This document shows, piece after piece, positions 8,532 through 21,641 of a stretch of DNA of 64,000 bases. Position 1 is the stretch's first letter. Each line of letters opens with the position of its first letter. A program made the translations under genes and the position numbers. The notes under the pieces were generated by a model. That model had not been told where the DNA came from, searched no databases, and saw nothing but the letters and a program-made list of their open reading frames with translations. The stretch spans positions 4,800,001-4,864,000 of the forward strand of contig CBDBDQ010000005.1 of NCBI GenBank assembly GCA_965203905.1, read 5' to 3'. This DNA comes from Spirochaetia bacterium. GTDB lineage: Bacteria > Spirochaetota > Spirochaetia > SZUA-6 > Bin103.

Positions 8532-11507
8532 TCAGGCAAGGTCATCCTGCCACAGCTTGAGCTGCTCCGGTTCGTCGATGCGGTCACGATACGCCAAGCG
8601 GTACAGGTTGTAGAGCGCTTCGAAATCGTTGCCGGCTGCGGCCGCGTCGTCGCCGAGTGCTACACTCGTGAAGTTCTGCGAGAGCGGCAACACTTCCAGT
8701 ACCGCCTCGAAGGCGGCGAAGAAGCGCGGATCCTGTTCGATCAGGGACTCGCCGAGCATTTCGCGAGCGGCGGCCAGCGAGCGCGTCCGTGCCCGGTGGG
8801 CGGTGTGGTGCAAGGCATCGATCATGCCGCGGGAACCATCCACCGGCCCGAGTGCCCCGGTGGCTGCCCGCCGCTCGCTGTCCCACAGCCGCAGGTCGCT
8901 GCCCTTCTTGTCGGCGAGACGACCAACAACGTCGTGATCCGGGTCGACGCCCACCGCGCGCGCCAGCCGTAGCGCTTCGTCGTAGGGGAATACCGGGGCC
9001 CGAAACGCGTCCCATGCCAGCACGAAGAACGCCGTGGCCGGGTCGAGATCCGCGTTTGCCTTCAGGTGGGTCAACTGCTCAAGGCGCCAGCGCTTCACCT
9101 GGCGGCGGGCAACGTTGAGCGCGTCCTCCGGCGTCACCGAATAGGGATCCCATCCCTCGTCGTGGGTCGCCCGTCGCGTACGGCGACGGGGCGCAGGTCG
9201 CTCCCGCGGGGTGCCTCGCCGCAATGGCCAGTCACGGGAGAACTCCTCCAATGCCGGCCCGAAGGACGCAAGGTAGAGGTCAACCCCGGTGATGCCGGCC
9301 GCCTGGAACTCTTCAACACGTGTGCGTACAGCACCCGCAACCCGTGGCTCTAATTCTTCCCAATACTGCGCGGGTGTCTCACTGATTGCCGAGCCACCAG
9401 CTCCTTTCCCGTCTGCCGATCCGCCGGACGAGCCGCGCGGACGGCACACCAGGAAGATCGTGCTCTTGGCCGCCGCCTTGTCCTTGATGTGCATACTGCC
9501 CTCGGCCTCGGTGTTGATCGGCCAGGACGCAGTTATCACGAAGCCGGCATCCATCAGCCCCTTGGTGAGAGCGTCCCAGGCGCCGGTGGCCTTGTGGGTG
9601 AACATCAGGGTCATCACGCCGTCTGGCTTCAGCGCCCGCCGACACTCGGCGAAGATCGATGCCATGCGCTCCTGGTAGTCGCGCTCCGCGAGCGCCTTCG
9701 CCCCCTTCTGTCCACGGAACCGTGCCGGACTGGCTACGGCCTCGTTGTCCTTGTCGGTAAGGTGGCTGCGGAACAGTTCTGGAAACACGTGACCGGCGGT
9801 ACGTTTGAGCCATACGTAGAAGAAATCGGACAGCTCAGCGTACATCACGTTGTCGTAATAGGGCGGGTCCATCACCACCAGGTCGATGCTTCCGTCAGCG
9901 ATGTGGTCCAGGCTGTCGCCCGGCTTGCATGTGATCGTGACGGGTACGCTTGCAGGCGCGGCGGCTGCGGAGTGGCGGAACAACCCATCGGCGTCTGCAT
10001 CGCCTTGAGGGCGGACCAGCGCTATCAGTTCGCCGATGCACTTGGCAGTCTGCTCGAACGCCCAATCGTAGCCCAAGCCCACGATCAGCGGCGCCATCTC
10101 GGCATGTGACCAGCAGAATGCAAAGTCGTGCCGGTTGAATGTATTGGCAACGACTTGCCGGGTCGGCATCCACACCGACATGCGAGAGTTGTAGTTCAGC
10201 AGCTTGTCCAGCGACAGCGCCAGGTATCCGTATGCTGCCTCGCGCACCTCGGTGAGCTTTCCCGCCTCTCGGTCGGCTTCGAGCATCTCGCGGAAAACCT
10301 CGACGCTGGTGCCGTGGCACAGCAGTTGGCGCGGCGAAAACAAGCCACGCCAGATAGTCATGCCGTAACGGTGCGGCTCTGTCGTCTTGTTCCCGTCGGG
10401 GATGCGCTCACTCGGGACGATGTCGAAGGCCTCCCACTCCGGCAGCTTCTCGTCCAGCCGGGCGCGGACCTCGGCGCTGTTGTCATCCTCCGGCCGCGAC
10501 GCCCGGTAACGGCGCACCCACTTCTCCCGCGTCCTCCCAGTCTTCGTCGTGGTCAACACGCGTTCCTTGTAGACGACCGCGAAAAGCTGCTCCCCCATAC
10601 GACCGGCCTGTGCCTGCTCCTTGACCTCGTCACCGTCGATTACGCGTCGGCAGTCCGGATAGGGACAGGTTCCATCGCCGCGCGCCACCGTGCCCGCTGA
10701 CTGCTCCCGCGCCGAAGTGACAACCTCGAAAGTACAGATCCGGCCCTCCGTCCCCGGCCCTCCACCGAGATGCGGCTTTAGCCGTACCCCGGTCCCATCC
10801 GACGCCAGCCGCCAATTCGGCGACAATGGCACCAACCCATCACAATATGGGCACAGAACCGTCCGAGCCCAGAGATACCCATCCGGACGCGTACCCTGAA
10901 CGGGCTCATCAGAAAAAGCCCACGTTAGTCGACCTCGGACGCGCTCGGCGAACTTCGCGCCAATCTCTTCGAACACTGTCTTGATCGCAACACCGTGAAT
11001 AAGCGGCCAATCTATGGTCGCGCGCTCAATCAATGCTGCGACTGGGTTCAGGTCATTTGCCAGCGTTTCGAGCCCGAAGCGGGCCGCTTCAAACGGTACA
11101 CTGCCGCCGCCAGCCGTTGGATCTAGAACTGTGGCGCCACACAACGAATGCTCCTTGAGCAACCAAGCCCGTTCCGAGCTGTTCGGTGCATATCCGAAAG
11201 CACGCGTATACCCATAGGCCTCGGCGCCTAACCGCTCGCCGGTTCGATTCGCGGCCGCAATCCGCTTCTTTGCTGCAACCGGGTCACCGTGGATGCCGAG
11301 GATGTGCAGGAACTTCTGCCGGTCAGCGTCCGCAGGCAATAGCGATGCGAGGATCGCCGCGCGGGAGGCCACTAGCGGTCGCCGCGCCCACCACACGTGA
11401 AGCCGGTTCGGGGCCGGAAATGGGGTCATCGGAGTCCTTTCGCGCGTACTCTCGATGCCAATCTCCGCAATCGGGAGCCAACGCTCGATCAGCCGTGTAT
11501 AGGACAT
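8532..11507 (-). CDS. DUF1156 adenine-specific DNA methyltransferase with a Zn ribbon
   Basis: LHVWWARRPL (DUF1156), LDPTAGGGSVPFEA, CPYC/CPYPDC, DPPYYDNV. Confidence 0.92.
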   Translation of the reverse strand: MSYTRLIERWLPIAEIGIESTRERTPMTPFPAPNRLHVWWARRPLVASRAAILASLLPADADRQKFLHILGIHGDPVAAKKRIAAANRTGERLGAEAYGYTRAFGYAPNSSERAWLLKEHSLCGATVLDPTAGGGSVPFEAARFGLETLANDLNPVAALIERATIDWPLIHGVAIKTVFEEIGAKFAERVRGRLTWAFSDEPVQGTRPDGYLWARTVLCPYCDGLVPLSPNWRLASDGTGVRLKPHLGGGPGTEGRICTFEVVTSAREQSAGTVARGDGTCPYPDCRRVIDGDEVKEQAQAGRMGEQLFAVVYKERVLTTTKTGRTREKWVRRYRASRPEDDNSAEVRARLDEKLPEWEAFDIVPSERIPDGNKTTEPHRYGMTIWRGLFSPRQLLCHGTSVEVFREMLEADREAGKLTEVREAAYGYLALSLDKLLNYNSRMSVWMPTRQVVANTFNRHDFAFCWSHAEMAPLIVGLGYDWAFEQTAKCIGELIALVRPQGDADADGLFRHSAAAAPASVPVTITCKPGDSLDHIADGSIDLVVMDPPYYDNVMYAELSDFFYVWLKRTAGHVFPELFRSHLTDKDNEAVASPARFRGQKGAKALAERDYQERMASIFAECRRALKPDGVMTLMFTHKATGAWDALTKGLMDAGFVITASWPINTEAEGSMHIKDKAAAKSTIFLVCRPRGSSGGSADGKGAGGSAISETPAQYWEELEPRVAGAVRTRVEEFQAAGITGVDLYLASFGPALEEFSRDWPLRRGTPRERPAPRRRTRRATHDEGWDPYSVTPEDALNVARRQVKRWRLEQLTHLKANADLDPATAFFVLAWDAFRAPVFPYDEALRLARAVGVDPDHDVVGRLADKKGSDLRLWDSERRAATGALGPVDGSRGMIDALHHTAHRARTRSLAAAREMLGESLIEQDPRFFAAFEAVLEVLPLSQNFTSVALGDDAAAAGNDFEALYNLYRLAYRDRIDEPEQLKLWQDDLA

Positions 11508-12776
11508 CTAGCCGTGGTCTCCTTCACTTTCCCAAGAACGTAGTTGCGCCGCCAACCACTTGTAGTGGTCATGTTTCTGGATGTTATTCAAAGAACCTAT
11601 CGAAACACCACACTCTCGCAGGATCGTGAGTACAACAAGAATGTAGATCGACTCGGAAAGCAGATACAGTTGCTGTCCACGAATGTTTCCTCGCAGTCCT
11701 GGATGTACTACGTACTTCTTTCGAACCTGCACAACCTCCGAACTCCACGTGTCGATGTCTCCGACAAGTGGCTCGAACAGATCCTTGATATCACGTGCGA
11801 TATCCCTAAGTTCAAGATGTAGCTTGATGTTCTGTTTGTTCCTTCGAATACGGACAAACATCTCCGCCGCAACGACAGAATTGAAATACCGTTGTTCTTC
11901 GTAGAGTGTCGGTGCGTACCAGTGGCTCACCAGCATGGCTACCAACTCTGAGTATCTATCCGAGGAGTCCAACCACGACCGAATGCCATCTACACCACCA
12001 ATGTGGTCAAAGGTAAATGCCATCTTAGCTCTCGGGACGGTATCCTGCTTAGCCGTAGAGCCGATTCCGGTCCATTTCGTATACAAGTCTATAGGGCGAT
12101 CAAGGTCCGGATGAGTCAACTTGACATCGAGAACGGTAGCAGGAGCATGCACACAGGTCGTCACTAGGTTCCGCAGCGATGCGCTCACTCCCAGCAACTT
12201 CATAAGAGGTTGAGGTTCATGGAACCGGTACTCGATTGCACACCCTTGCTCAAGCATAATGCGTTCGAGACTGCGTCTGCATTTCCATGGAAAGGTAACC
12301 GCAATCGCACCATCGTCGACGTTAGTCTCTATTGAGGACACTGGCTCGTATTTGATTCCAAAGAATTTCCCGGAATCTTCGTTGAGCCGATCGTTGACAC
12401 TCAAGCCGTAGCGTCCCACCCACTGTACAAGATTTCCCAACTGCACGGTAACGGAACGGAAATCGATGGGCTCATACAGCTCAAAGTGCGCTCCTGATAA
12501 AATGATTGCAACTTTGTATCGACGCTGAAACATACCGGTGAGTTGCTGCGATACATCAAATAGGTAGCACTGCTCCAAGGTGAGGACCTGCGATCCGGCG
12601 ATTCCGAGGAGGCGTACCGCATCACCATCAAGTCGTACATCCAGAGAATCGAGACTGAGGGAGGGTTCAATGATCGACAGTATTGCGCCATCGGTTGGAT
12701 CGAACCGCAAACGTCCGGCCATCTTTCGATCAGGTCTGTCAGGGCGCCAAAAGTGTCCCTCAACATCAAGCTTCAT
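11508..12776 (-). CDS. ApeA-like protein (ApeA N-terminal domain plus C-terminal HEPN)
   Basis: N-terminus G.FW.P......GRLRF.P..G is typical of ApeA_NTD; C-terminal helical region with an Rx5H motif (RKKYVVH); lower GC than the flanks. Confidence 0.75.
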   Translation of the reverse strand: MKLDVEGHFWRPDRPDRKMAGRLRFDPTDGAILSIIEPSLSLDSLDVRLDGDAVRLLGIAGSQVLTLEQCYLFDVSQQLTGMFQRRYKVAIILSGAHFELYEPIDFRSVTVQLGNLVQWVGRYGLSVNDRLNEDSGKFFGIKYEPVSSIETNVDDGAIAVTFPWKCRRSLERIMLEQGCAIEYRFHEPQPLMKLLGVSASLRNLVTTCVHAPATVLDVKLTHPDLDRPIDLYTKWTGIGSTAKQDTVPRAKMAFTFDHIGGVDGIRSWLDSSDRYSELVAMLVSHWYAPTLYEEQRYFNSVVAAEMFVRIRRNKQNIKLHLELRDIARDIKDLFEPLVGDIDTWSSEVVQVRKKYVVHPGLRGNIRGQQLYLLSESIYILVVLTILRECGVSIGSLNNIQKHDHYKWLAAQLRSWESEGDHG

Positions 12777-12929
12777 TCACCGGTAACCTACTACAGAGAT
12801 AATCGTCGGCCGTCAACAGAGCGTCTTCATTCTGTCCAGGGTGGCAACTCCTCGTGAGGACAGTCGAAATCGATTGAGGACCATTCCTGACGTGGTATCG
12901 GTTCGTCGGCTTGGTTTACGCTCCATTCG

Positions 12930-13432
12930 TCAATCTGAATGCACGTAACCCGAGCCGTGTTTGGCGTCGGTCAGCAGGATACGCAGCGCCATCAGTACGC
13001 GACGCGGGTGTCGGCGATGGATCGCCATTCCTGCCCAGTACGCCGCTTCCTCGTGCTTCATGGTCTCGATGCCCTCGACTACGGCACGCATGTTGGGGCG
13101 GTTGCGCATCGGCGCGAGGGCGCGGAACAGCAAACCCAGTACGAGTGCGACATCTTCGGGCACCGCATAGCCGGCCCTCCGATCTTCAGCGATAGGACCA
13201 AGGCGCACGCCCGATTGCGCGAGCCGGCGTAGCACCCGATGTTCGATCAGGTCCAGGTTTGAACCGCGGAGCCGCGCGACACGTCGGGGGCGAGGCAGGT
13301 TCGGCGTCGCCGATGAAGGAACCTGCCAAATCGCGTACTCGGTGTCGGCTGGGCCGTAACGGCGAACGCGCAACTCATAAAGAGGGGCCGACGCCGAATC
13401 AGTCTCGTCAAGGATGGGCATGACACTCGCGA

Positions 13433-13436
<4 letters not shown>
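12930..13436 (-). CDS. Small conserved protein in the DUF3780-equivalent slot of the DUF499 operon
   Basis: Start overlaps the DUF499 stop (ATGA); C-terminal EEAAYW...ALRILL helix pattern; position between ATPase and methyltransferase. Confidence 0.65.
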
Positions 13437-16405
<2,969 letters not shown>

Positions 16406-16776
16406 CTATGCGTGCTGTCGGGTGCCTGGGAGTGTTGCTCAGCCGCTACGCACCGCTTCGCCGTGGCAAACGAATCCGCAAATCAATCGGCCACTCTGCT
16501 GGCGGAGGATAGCTCGTTTCCGTCACCCGCGTACAGGGGCTGGACCGAAATCAACTCAACCTTCGTGGGCGCCTCGGAAGCATGGTGGGCACGAATGGCG
16601 ACCCTTCGCACTTCGCTCCGGGCCGAACGGGCCCGCTTCCGACCGGCGCGCTATTGGGCAACAGACGGTCTGGAACGTAGGATTCCACTCGTCCACGTTG
16701 CTGAATCACCCTGTTATGGGGAGTTGACACGTGTCTTCACAGTTCCATTCCGGTGCATCACGACAACCGGTCCTGG

Positions 16777-16969
16777 ATGGCTACCCTGTAATCCTACGAA
16801 CGCGAGCGGTTCTGTGGAGTTGATGGGTCTATCGTGCACTACGTTGTGGCGACGCCGTAAGGCCGGCGACTTCCCCGCACCAGTTAGGCTCGAGGGCCCT
16901 GGGTCACGTGCCGTCGGCTGGCGGTGCTCGGACGTGGAGCGATGGTTGGCGGATCTGTCCAAGGCCTAG
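16777..16969 (+). pseudogene. AlpA-family regulator/excisionase, frameshifted near the 5' end
   Basis: ILRTRAVL in one frame, then ELMGLSCTTLWRRRKAGDFPAPVRL...AVGWRCSDVERWL in another. Confidence 0.75.
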
Positions 16970-17207
16970 TAGCTGCCGTCTTTGACGGTGTCGCAAGTCG
17001 CGTGCGAGAAGGTGAGGGACATGGGCGCGGCGGTGGCGGAGCCGCGGTCGACGCCGTCCCCAGTTACCATGACCGGCTCCGCGCGCGTCTCGGCGCTAGA
17101 CCGAAGCGAGTCAGGGATGGTCGGATACCACCAAGGGGTTGCGAAAGCAATAACGGGATATTGGTGTAACGCGTAAACCATTATCACATTTACAAATAGG
17201 CGCAACA

Positions 17208-17401
17208 TTGGTGTAGTCGAACAGGCTGGAGAACCCGAGGCGCAGGTGGAGGTGGCGCGCGTGGATCTCGCGCAGGTGGTCGAGGACGGCGAGCTGCAGC
17301 GCCTGCTCGTGCAGGACGAGGGACCTGGTGTGCGCCAGCAGCACTTGGTCGGGGAGCCCGGAGAGCGAGGAGGAGAAGCCGGGAGCGGTCGCGGCAGCCA
17401 T
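17208..17401 (-). pseudogene. 5' fragment of a DUF222-like HNH gene (paralog of 36029-37408)
   Basis: LPDQVLLAHTRSLVLHEQALQLAVLDHLREIHARHLHLRLGFSSLFDYT aligns with LPDQVLLEQTRMLARHEQALQLSVLDHLREIEARRLYLRLGYSSLFDYT; similarity stops abruptly after FDYT. Confidence 0.9.
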
Positions 17402-17922
17402 GGCGTAAATATAATCATGGCTGAGAAATGACCGGTTTCGGCAAGTCCCGGGACCGGCCCCCGGAAGGGCGCAGGCCGGCGCTGGCGGGGTGCTGGAGGG
17501 CCTGGAGGGCGTGGCGGGATGTTCGAAGGGTCGGAGGGGCCGGAACGCGCGGCAGGGGGCCGTTACGAGCAGCGCCAAACCCGTCAAGTGCTCAGCGCAC
17601 TTTTTGGCACTTTCGCAGAATCCTGCGAGTCCTGCACCGCGGCTCCGGCGTGGCAGCAATGCAGCGGTGGAGACCGGCGTTGCGGGTGGGCGGCAACCCA
17701 TTCATTCCTGGACACATCGTACAGCGAACGAACCACGCACCCTGAAGGCGGCGATCTGGCAGGGCGCCAGGGGCCATCACCGCCGCTCGGCCACGACTGC
17801 CAGAACATCCCTTGCCCACACGGGATTCAGACGTCGTTGAGCATGGGATGGCCCTGGCGCGGTGGGGCGGGTGGTCGCGTCAGTGCGCGCCGTCGGGTAT
17901 CATGGCGCCCGAGGTGTCGCAG

Positions 17923-19137
17923 ATGAACGGTAACAGGTCCGGTTTCGACGAGGATCTTCTGGCCGACGGGTCGCCGCCCGGAGCGGTCTCCCTCACGGCC
18001 CATCCGGGGGCGCGCTACGATTTCGGCGTGGCCTATCCCGATCCCGACTCGCTGCCGCTGCAGCAGCTCGTGGAGTGCCTGGGAGAGGAGCTGCAGCGGG
18101 AGGGACGCAGCCTGGCGCGCTACCCGCACCCGCTCGGCTATCCGCCGCTGCGCGAGTGGCTGGCGGCGCGTCTGGCCGCCAGGCGCGGGTTCTCGGTGGA
18201 GCCCGACGCCATCATGCTCGGCTCCGGGTCGAACGAGCCCAACTTCCTGGTGGCCCAGGCGCTGGTCGATCCCGGTGACGTGGTGCTGGCGGAGGAGTTC
18301 ACCTACGCCGGCACGCTCGGATTCCTGCGCCGCTTCGGGGCCGACGTCCGCGGCGTGGAGTGCGACCACGAGGGCATGCTGCCCGATTCGCTGGAGTACC
18401 GGATTCGGGCTGCGATCGACGAGGGCAGGCGGCCCAAGGCGGTATACACCATCCCGACGTTCCAGAATCCGCTCGGCTTCGTGGCGTCGCTGCCGCGCCG
18501 CGCCGAGGTCACCGAGATCACCGCGCGCTACGGCGTCCCGGTGTGGGAGGACGACTGCTACGTCGACCTGAACTTCGACCATCCCGACCTGCCGCCGGCC
18601 ATCCGCTCCCTCGATGACAGCGGGCGCACGATCTACGTCGCCTCGTTCTCCAAGAACATCGCTCCCGGCATGAGGCTGGGCTACGTCACCGCCGCGCCGG
18701 CGCTCATGGAGCGGATCGCCGCCATCAAGGGCACCGGCGGCGTCAGCCAGTTCACGGCGATGGCCGTGCATCGCTTCGCCCAGACCGGCCTGGACGGCCA
18801 CATCGAACGGTCGCGCATCCGCCTGCGGGCCAAGCGCGACGCGCTGCTGGCGGCGCTGGAGGCGCACCTGGGCGGCCGCGCGCGCTGGACCCGTCCCCTT
18901 GGCGGGCTGTTCCTGTTCGTGCAGATGCGCGACGGCAGCGACACGGTGGCCGCCGCCGAGCGCGCCGCCGCCCGCGGCGTGCTGTTCGCTCCCGGGACGC
19001 ACACCTCCGCGGACGGCGTCTCCGGCCGCGACCGTATGCGCCTGTGCTACGGCTGGAACCGCCCCGACGAGATGGCCCCCGCCATCGCGGAGCTGGCCGC
19101 CGTGCTGACGCCGGAGCCGGCCCTCGCCAGCCGCTGA
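17923..19137 (+). CDS. PLP-dependent aminotransferase, class I/II (MocR/ARO8-like, no HTH)
   Basis: YTIPTFQNPLG, WEDDCY, SFSKNIAPGMRLG; ATG at 17923 with GAGGTG upstream. Confidence 0.9.
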   Translation: MNGNRSGFDEDLLADGSPPGAVSLTAHPGARYDFGVAYPDPDSLPLQQLVECLGEELQREGRSLARYPHPLGYPPLREWLAARLAARRGFSVEPDAIMLGSGSNEPNFLVAQALVDPGDVVLAEEFTYAGTLGFLRRFGADVRGVECDHEGMLPDSLEYRIRAAIDEGRRPKAVYTIPTFQNPLGFVASLPRRAEVTEITARYGVPVWEDDCYVDLNFDHPDLPPAIRSLDDSGRTIYVASFSKNIAPGMRLGYVTAAPALMERIAAIKGTGGVSQFTAMAVHRFAQTGLDGHIERSRIRLRAKRDALLAALEAHLGGRARWTRPLGGLFLFVQMRDGSDTVAAAERAAARGVLFAPGTHTSADGVSGRDRMRLCYGWNRPDEMAPAIAELAAVLTPEPALASR

Positions 19138-19181
19138 TCGCCTTACGTCGCCGTCAGGCCCACAGCGGCTCTCACGGCTGC

Positions 19182-19400
19182 TCAGCCGGCTGCTGCTGCT
19201 TTGTTCGCCACCTCGACGAGCGCGCGGAGGGCTTGGTTTACCGACTTCGAGTCACGAAACACTTTGGCGACGTCAGGATCGAGGACAACGATGTTCGCAC
19301 CGTCGGCGTAGCGCTCTGCATACTTGCCGCGGACTCCACGTGAGAAGTCGTACTCCTCGCGCAACTCGTCAATCCGCACGGTTTCAGGCTCCTTCTTCAT
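19182..19400 (-). CDS. BrnA-like antitoxin
   Basis: EYDFSRGVRGKY...VVLDPDVAKVF.DS..VNQALR; start overlaps a BrnT-like 3' remnant. Confidence 0.7.
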   Translation of the reverse strand: MKKEPETVRIDELREEYDFSRGVRGKYAERYADGANIVVLDPDVAKVFRDSKSVNQALRALVEVANKAAAAG

Positions 19401-19440
19401 ACCCCCGCCGTTCTCTGGCCGTCGCCAGCCGATGCGTTGA
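19384..19440 (-). pseudogene. C-terminal remnant of a BrnT-like toxin
   Basis: RLATARERRGYEEGA-stop matches the BrnT C-terminal pattern (ARxATxRERxxYE); the rest of the gene is absent. Confidence 0.6.
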
Positions 19441-19478
19441 TCAGACTAATGGTGTCGCCATGGTTATCATAGCGACGA

Positions 19479-20237
19479 ATGATAGCAGAGCGCAGCATTG
19501 CCGTCGCCAGGAAGTGCATCGAGCACCTGCGGGGCGAACTTCCCGGCATGGAACTCGAGGGAGTGCGCAGCGTGTTCGTGAGTGGGAGCTACGTGCGGGG
19601 AGACTGGCTCGACGGGCGCAGCGACCTCGACATCGGGCTGGTGACCGATTGCGATTGGGAGCGAGGCTTCGCTGACGTGCGGCGCGTGGTATCCGATGTC
19701 GTTGGCGAGGACGGGTTCGACTCACACGAGGAGGGCGGCATCGACTGGAATCTGATCGCTGCCGCTTCGCTGCCGCGGACCACGCAGCAGGCGATCGATT
19801 CGCCGTATCCCTACTTCAGCGGGTTCCGTTTCGATCTGGATGCTCACTGCGACATTCTGTGGGGAGATGACTTTCGCGCTCCACTGCCGCCGGTGCCGAC
19901 GCCCCATGAAATCGCCCATCGTTTCCTGCGGCAGCGGGCGCAACGCATCGCGCTCCTCCAGGACTCCCCGCTGGGTCGCAAGCGGGCGCTGTACGCGGCA
20001 TACAAGGCAGCCATCGTGCTTCAACTCGTCCACGGCGACTTGACTCTCGACAAGCATCGGATGCCGGGGCTCTTCGAGCACAACGTCCCGGAGTTTCCCG
20101 ACAAGCGGAGTTGCGCCGCCATCATCGCCAACTATGCACGCGGCGGCTTGGCTGCCCCCGAACCGGTGGCGTTCTATCGCGCTCTGATCGATTCCTGCGG
20201 CGACCTGATCTGGTCGATGTCTTCTCGCTCAAGATAA
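19479..20237 (+). CDS. Pol-beta-like nucleotidyltransferase domain protein
   Basis: GSYVRGD...SDLDI motif followed by a helical C-terminal region. Confidence 0.75.
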   Translation: MIAERSIAVARKCIEHLRGELPGMELEGVRSVFVSGSYVRGDWLDGRSDLDIGLVTDCDWERGFADVRRVVSDVVGEDGFDSHEEGGIDWNLIAAASLPRTTQQAIDSPYPYFSGFRFDLDAHCDILWGDDFRAPLPPVPTPHEIAHRFLRQRAQRIALLQDSPLGRKRALYAAYKAAIVLQLVHGDLTLDKHRMPGLFEHNVPEFPDKRSCAAIIANYARGGLAAPEPVAFYRALIDSCGDLIWSMSSRSR

Positions 20238-20380
20238 GGGTAGGCGGCCAGGATCTCGTTCGCCGATCTACCGGCAGCCAAGAGCCCCACTACTGTTGCA
20301 ACGGTTACCCGGAGTCCCCGGATACACGCCTCTCCGCCCATGACATCAGGATCAAGAGTGATTCGAGGGAATCTTTGCAT
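20174..20380 (-). pseudogene. DUF433 antitoxin, C-terminus degenerate, partner absent
   Basis: RITLDPDVMGGEACIRGLRVTVATVVGLLAAG....EILAAYPYLEREDI; 3' end overlaps the convergent nucleotidyltransferase gene. Confidence 0.8.
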
Positions 20381-20518
20381 AGTCATTCTCCTACCGATTA
20401 TAGCGTGGATTGCGTGCTCGTATTTCCTCATGCATGCTATACGCATGCTATCGCTCTCAGGGCCTGCCCAAGCACGGGTGGGTATTGTTCTCGCCACGGT
20501 TGACGTTTGGGTCTTTGG

Positions 20519-21364
20519 ATGAATCCGCTGACGAATGGCGAGATCCGGTTTTTCAAGCGCGAGGGGTACCTGGTCAAGCGCGGCGTGCTCGCCCCGGAGT
20601 TGATGGCGCGCGCCCGCGAGCGCAAGTGGGCAGGTGCGCCGGCGCGCATGAAGCGGGACGATCCCACCACCTGGTGCGGTCCGTTTCCGCCCGACGAGGA
20701 ACAGGGAGAGGCAAGCGAGAACTGTCGCATCGGATTCACCTGGAAGTACCGGGAGCCGGCGCGCGAGCCGTGGATCGTCGCCATGCTGGCCACCAACCCG
20801 GTGATCTTCGGGTGGGTTGAGCAGCTCCTCGGCCGGGACGAGGTGGAGATTCCGGAGCGGATCCGTGGCATCTACTGCCGACTGCCGATGGGCGACCTGC
20901 CGCCGCGCCCGACCGAGTGCCACTGTGACGTGACTCCCGATCGCCTGCACGACACACCGCTGGAGGAACTGCTCGCCCCCGGCCTCGGCGTGGTCGGCCT
21001 GATCGCCGACATTCCCCCGTCAGGCGGGGCGTTCACCGTATGGCCCGGCACCCACCGGATCATCCATGACCTGGTGCTCAACACCGAGGGCCTGGCACGC
21101 AACGAGGCGTACAAGAGGCGTATAATCGAGTTCAACGCCGACCCTCACGTGGAGGGCCACGGGGCCGCCGGCGACATCCTCATCTGGCATCGCCTGCTGG
21201 CGCACACCGCGGGCTGGAACCGGTCGCCGCGGATCCAGCTTCGCGAATCGGTCCTGTGCGACTACCGGAAACGCGAGGGCTCGGTCCCCGATCGCGAACA
21301 ATCCTCCGCGGATATGTGGCAGAGCTGGTCGCACGAGGTGTGCTCGCTGCGAACCTCCCCATGA
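20519..21364 (+). CDS. Phytanoyl-CoA dioxygenase (PhyH) family Fe/2OG enzyme
   Basis: FFKREGYLV, HCD (HxD), GGAFTVWPGTH, AGDILIWHRLLAH. Confidence 0.85.
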   Translation: MNPLTNGEIRFFKREGYLVKRGVLAPELMARARERKWAGAPARMKRDDPTTWCGPFPPDEEQGEASENCRIGFTWKYREPAREPWIVAMLATNPVIFGWVEQLLGRDEVEIPERIRGIYCRLPMGDLPPRPTECHCDVTPDRLHDTPLEELLAPGLGVVGLIADIPPSGGAFTVWPGTHRIIHDLVLNTEGLARNEAYKRRIIEFNADPHVEGHGAAGDILIWHRLLAHTAGWNRSPRIQLRESVLCDYRKREGSVPDREQSSADMWQSWSHEVCSLRTSP

Positions 21365-21470
21365 CTCATTTTCTCCGGGTACGGCCAGTCGTTCTGCGCG
21401 GTCTGCTGCCACAGGATGTTCAGGTTGACACTGAAGTAGGCGTGAACCAGTCGATTGCGTCTGGCTGTCA
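21365..21470 (-). pseudogene. DUF86/HepT-type HEPN toxin remnant
   Basis: RNRLVHAYFSVNLNILWQ (Rx4HxY); only the C-terminal piece remains. Confidence 0.7.
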
Positions 21471-21641
21471 CAACGCTTGACAATATCCCTCCGGCGGGGT
21501 ACCAAAGGCGCTGAGGAGCCTCCAAGGTGACCAAACCGGGCGAGGAACACCGCCATGGACAAGCGCCATGAAGCGGCGGGTCACGTCAACGCCGGAGTGG
21601 AACGAGTCGGAGGAGCGGTCCAGAGGGCGCAGGTTTATTGA

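Noticed and set aside
16601-16632. ACCCTTCGCACTTCGCTCCGGGCCGAACGG resembling a REP-type half repeat
   Set aside because: Single degenerate copy in the window with no associated transposase.
19479-21470. Nucleotidyltransferase plus DUF86 remnant as an MNT-HEPN TA pair
   Set aside because: They are on opposite strands, over 1 kb apart with other genes between them, and the transferase is much longer than a minimal MNT.
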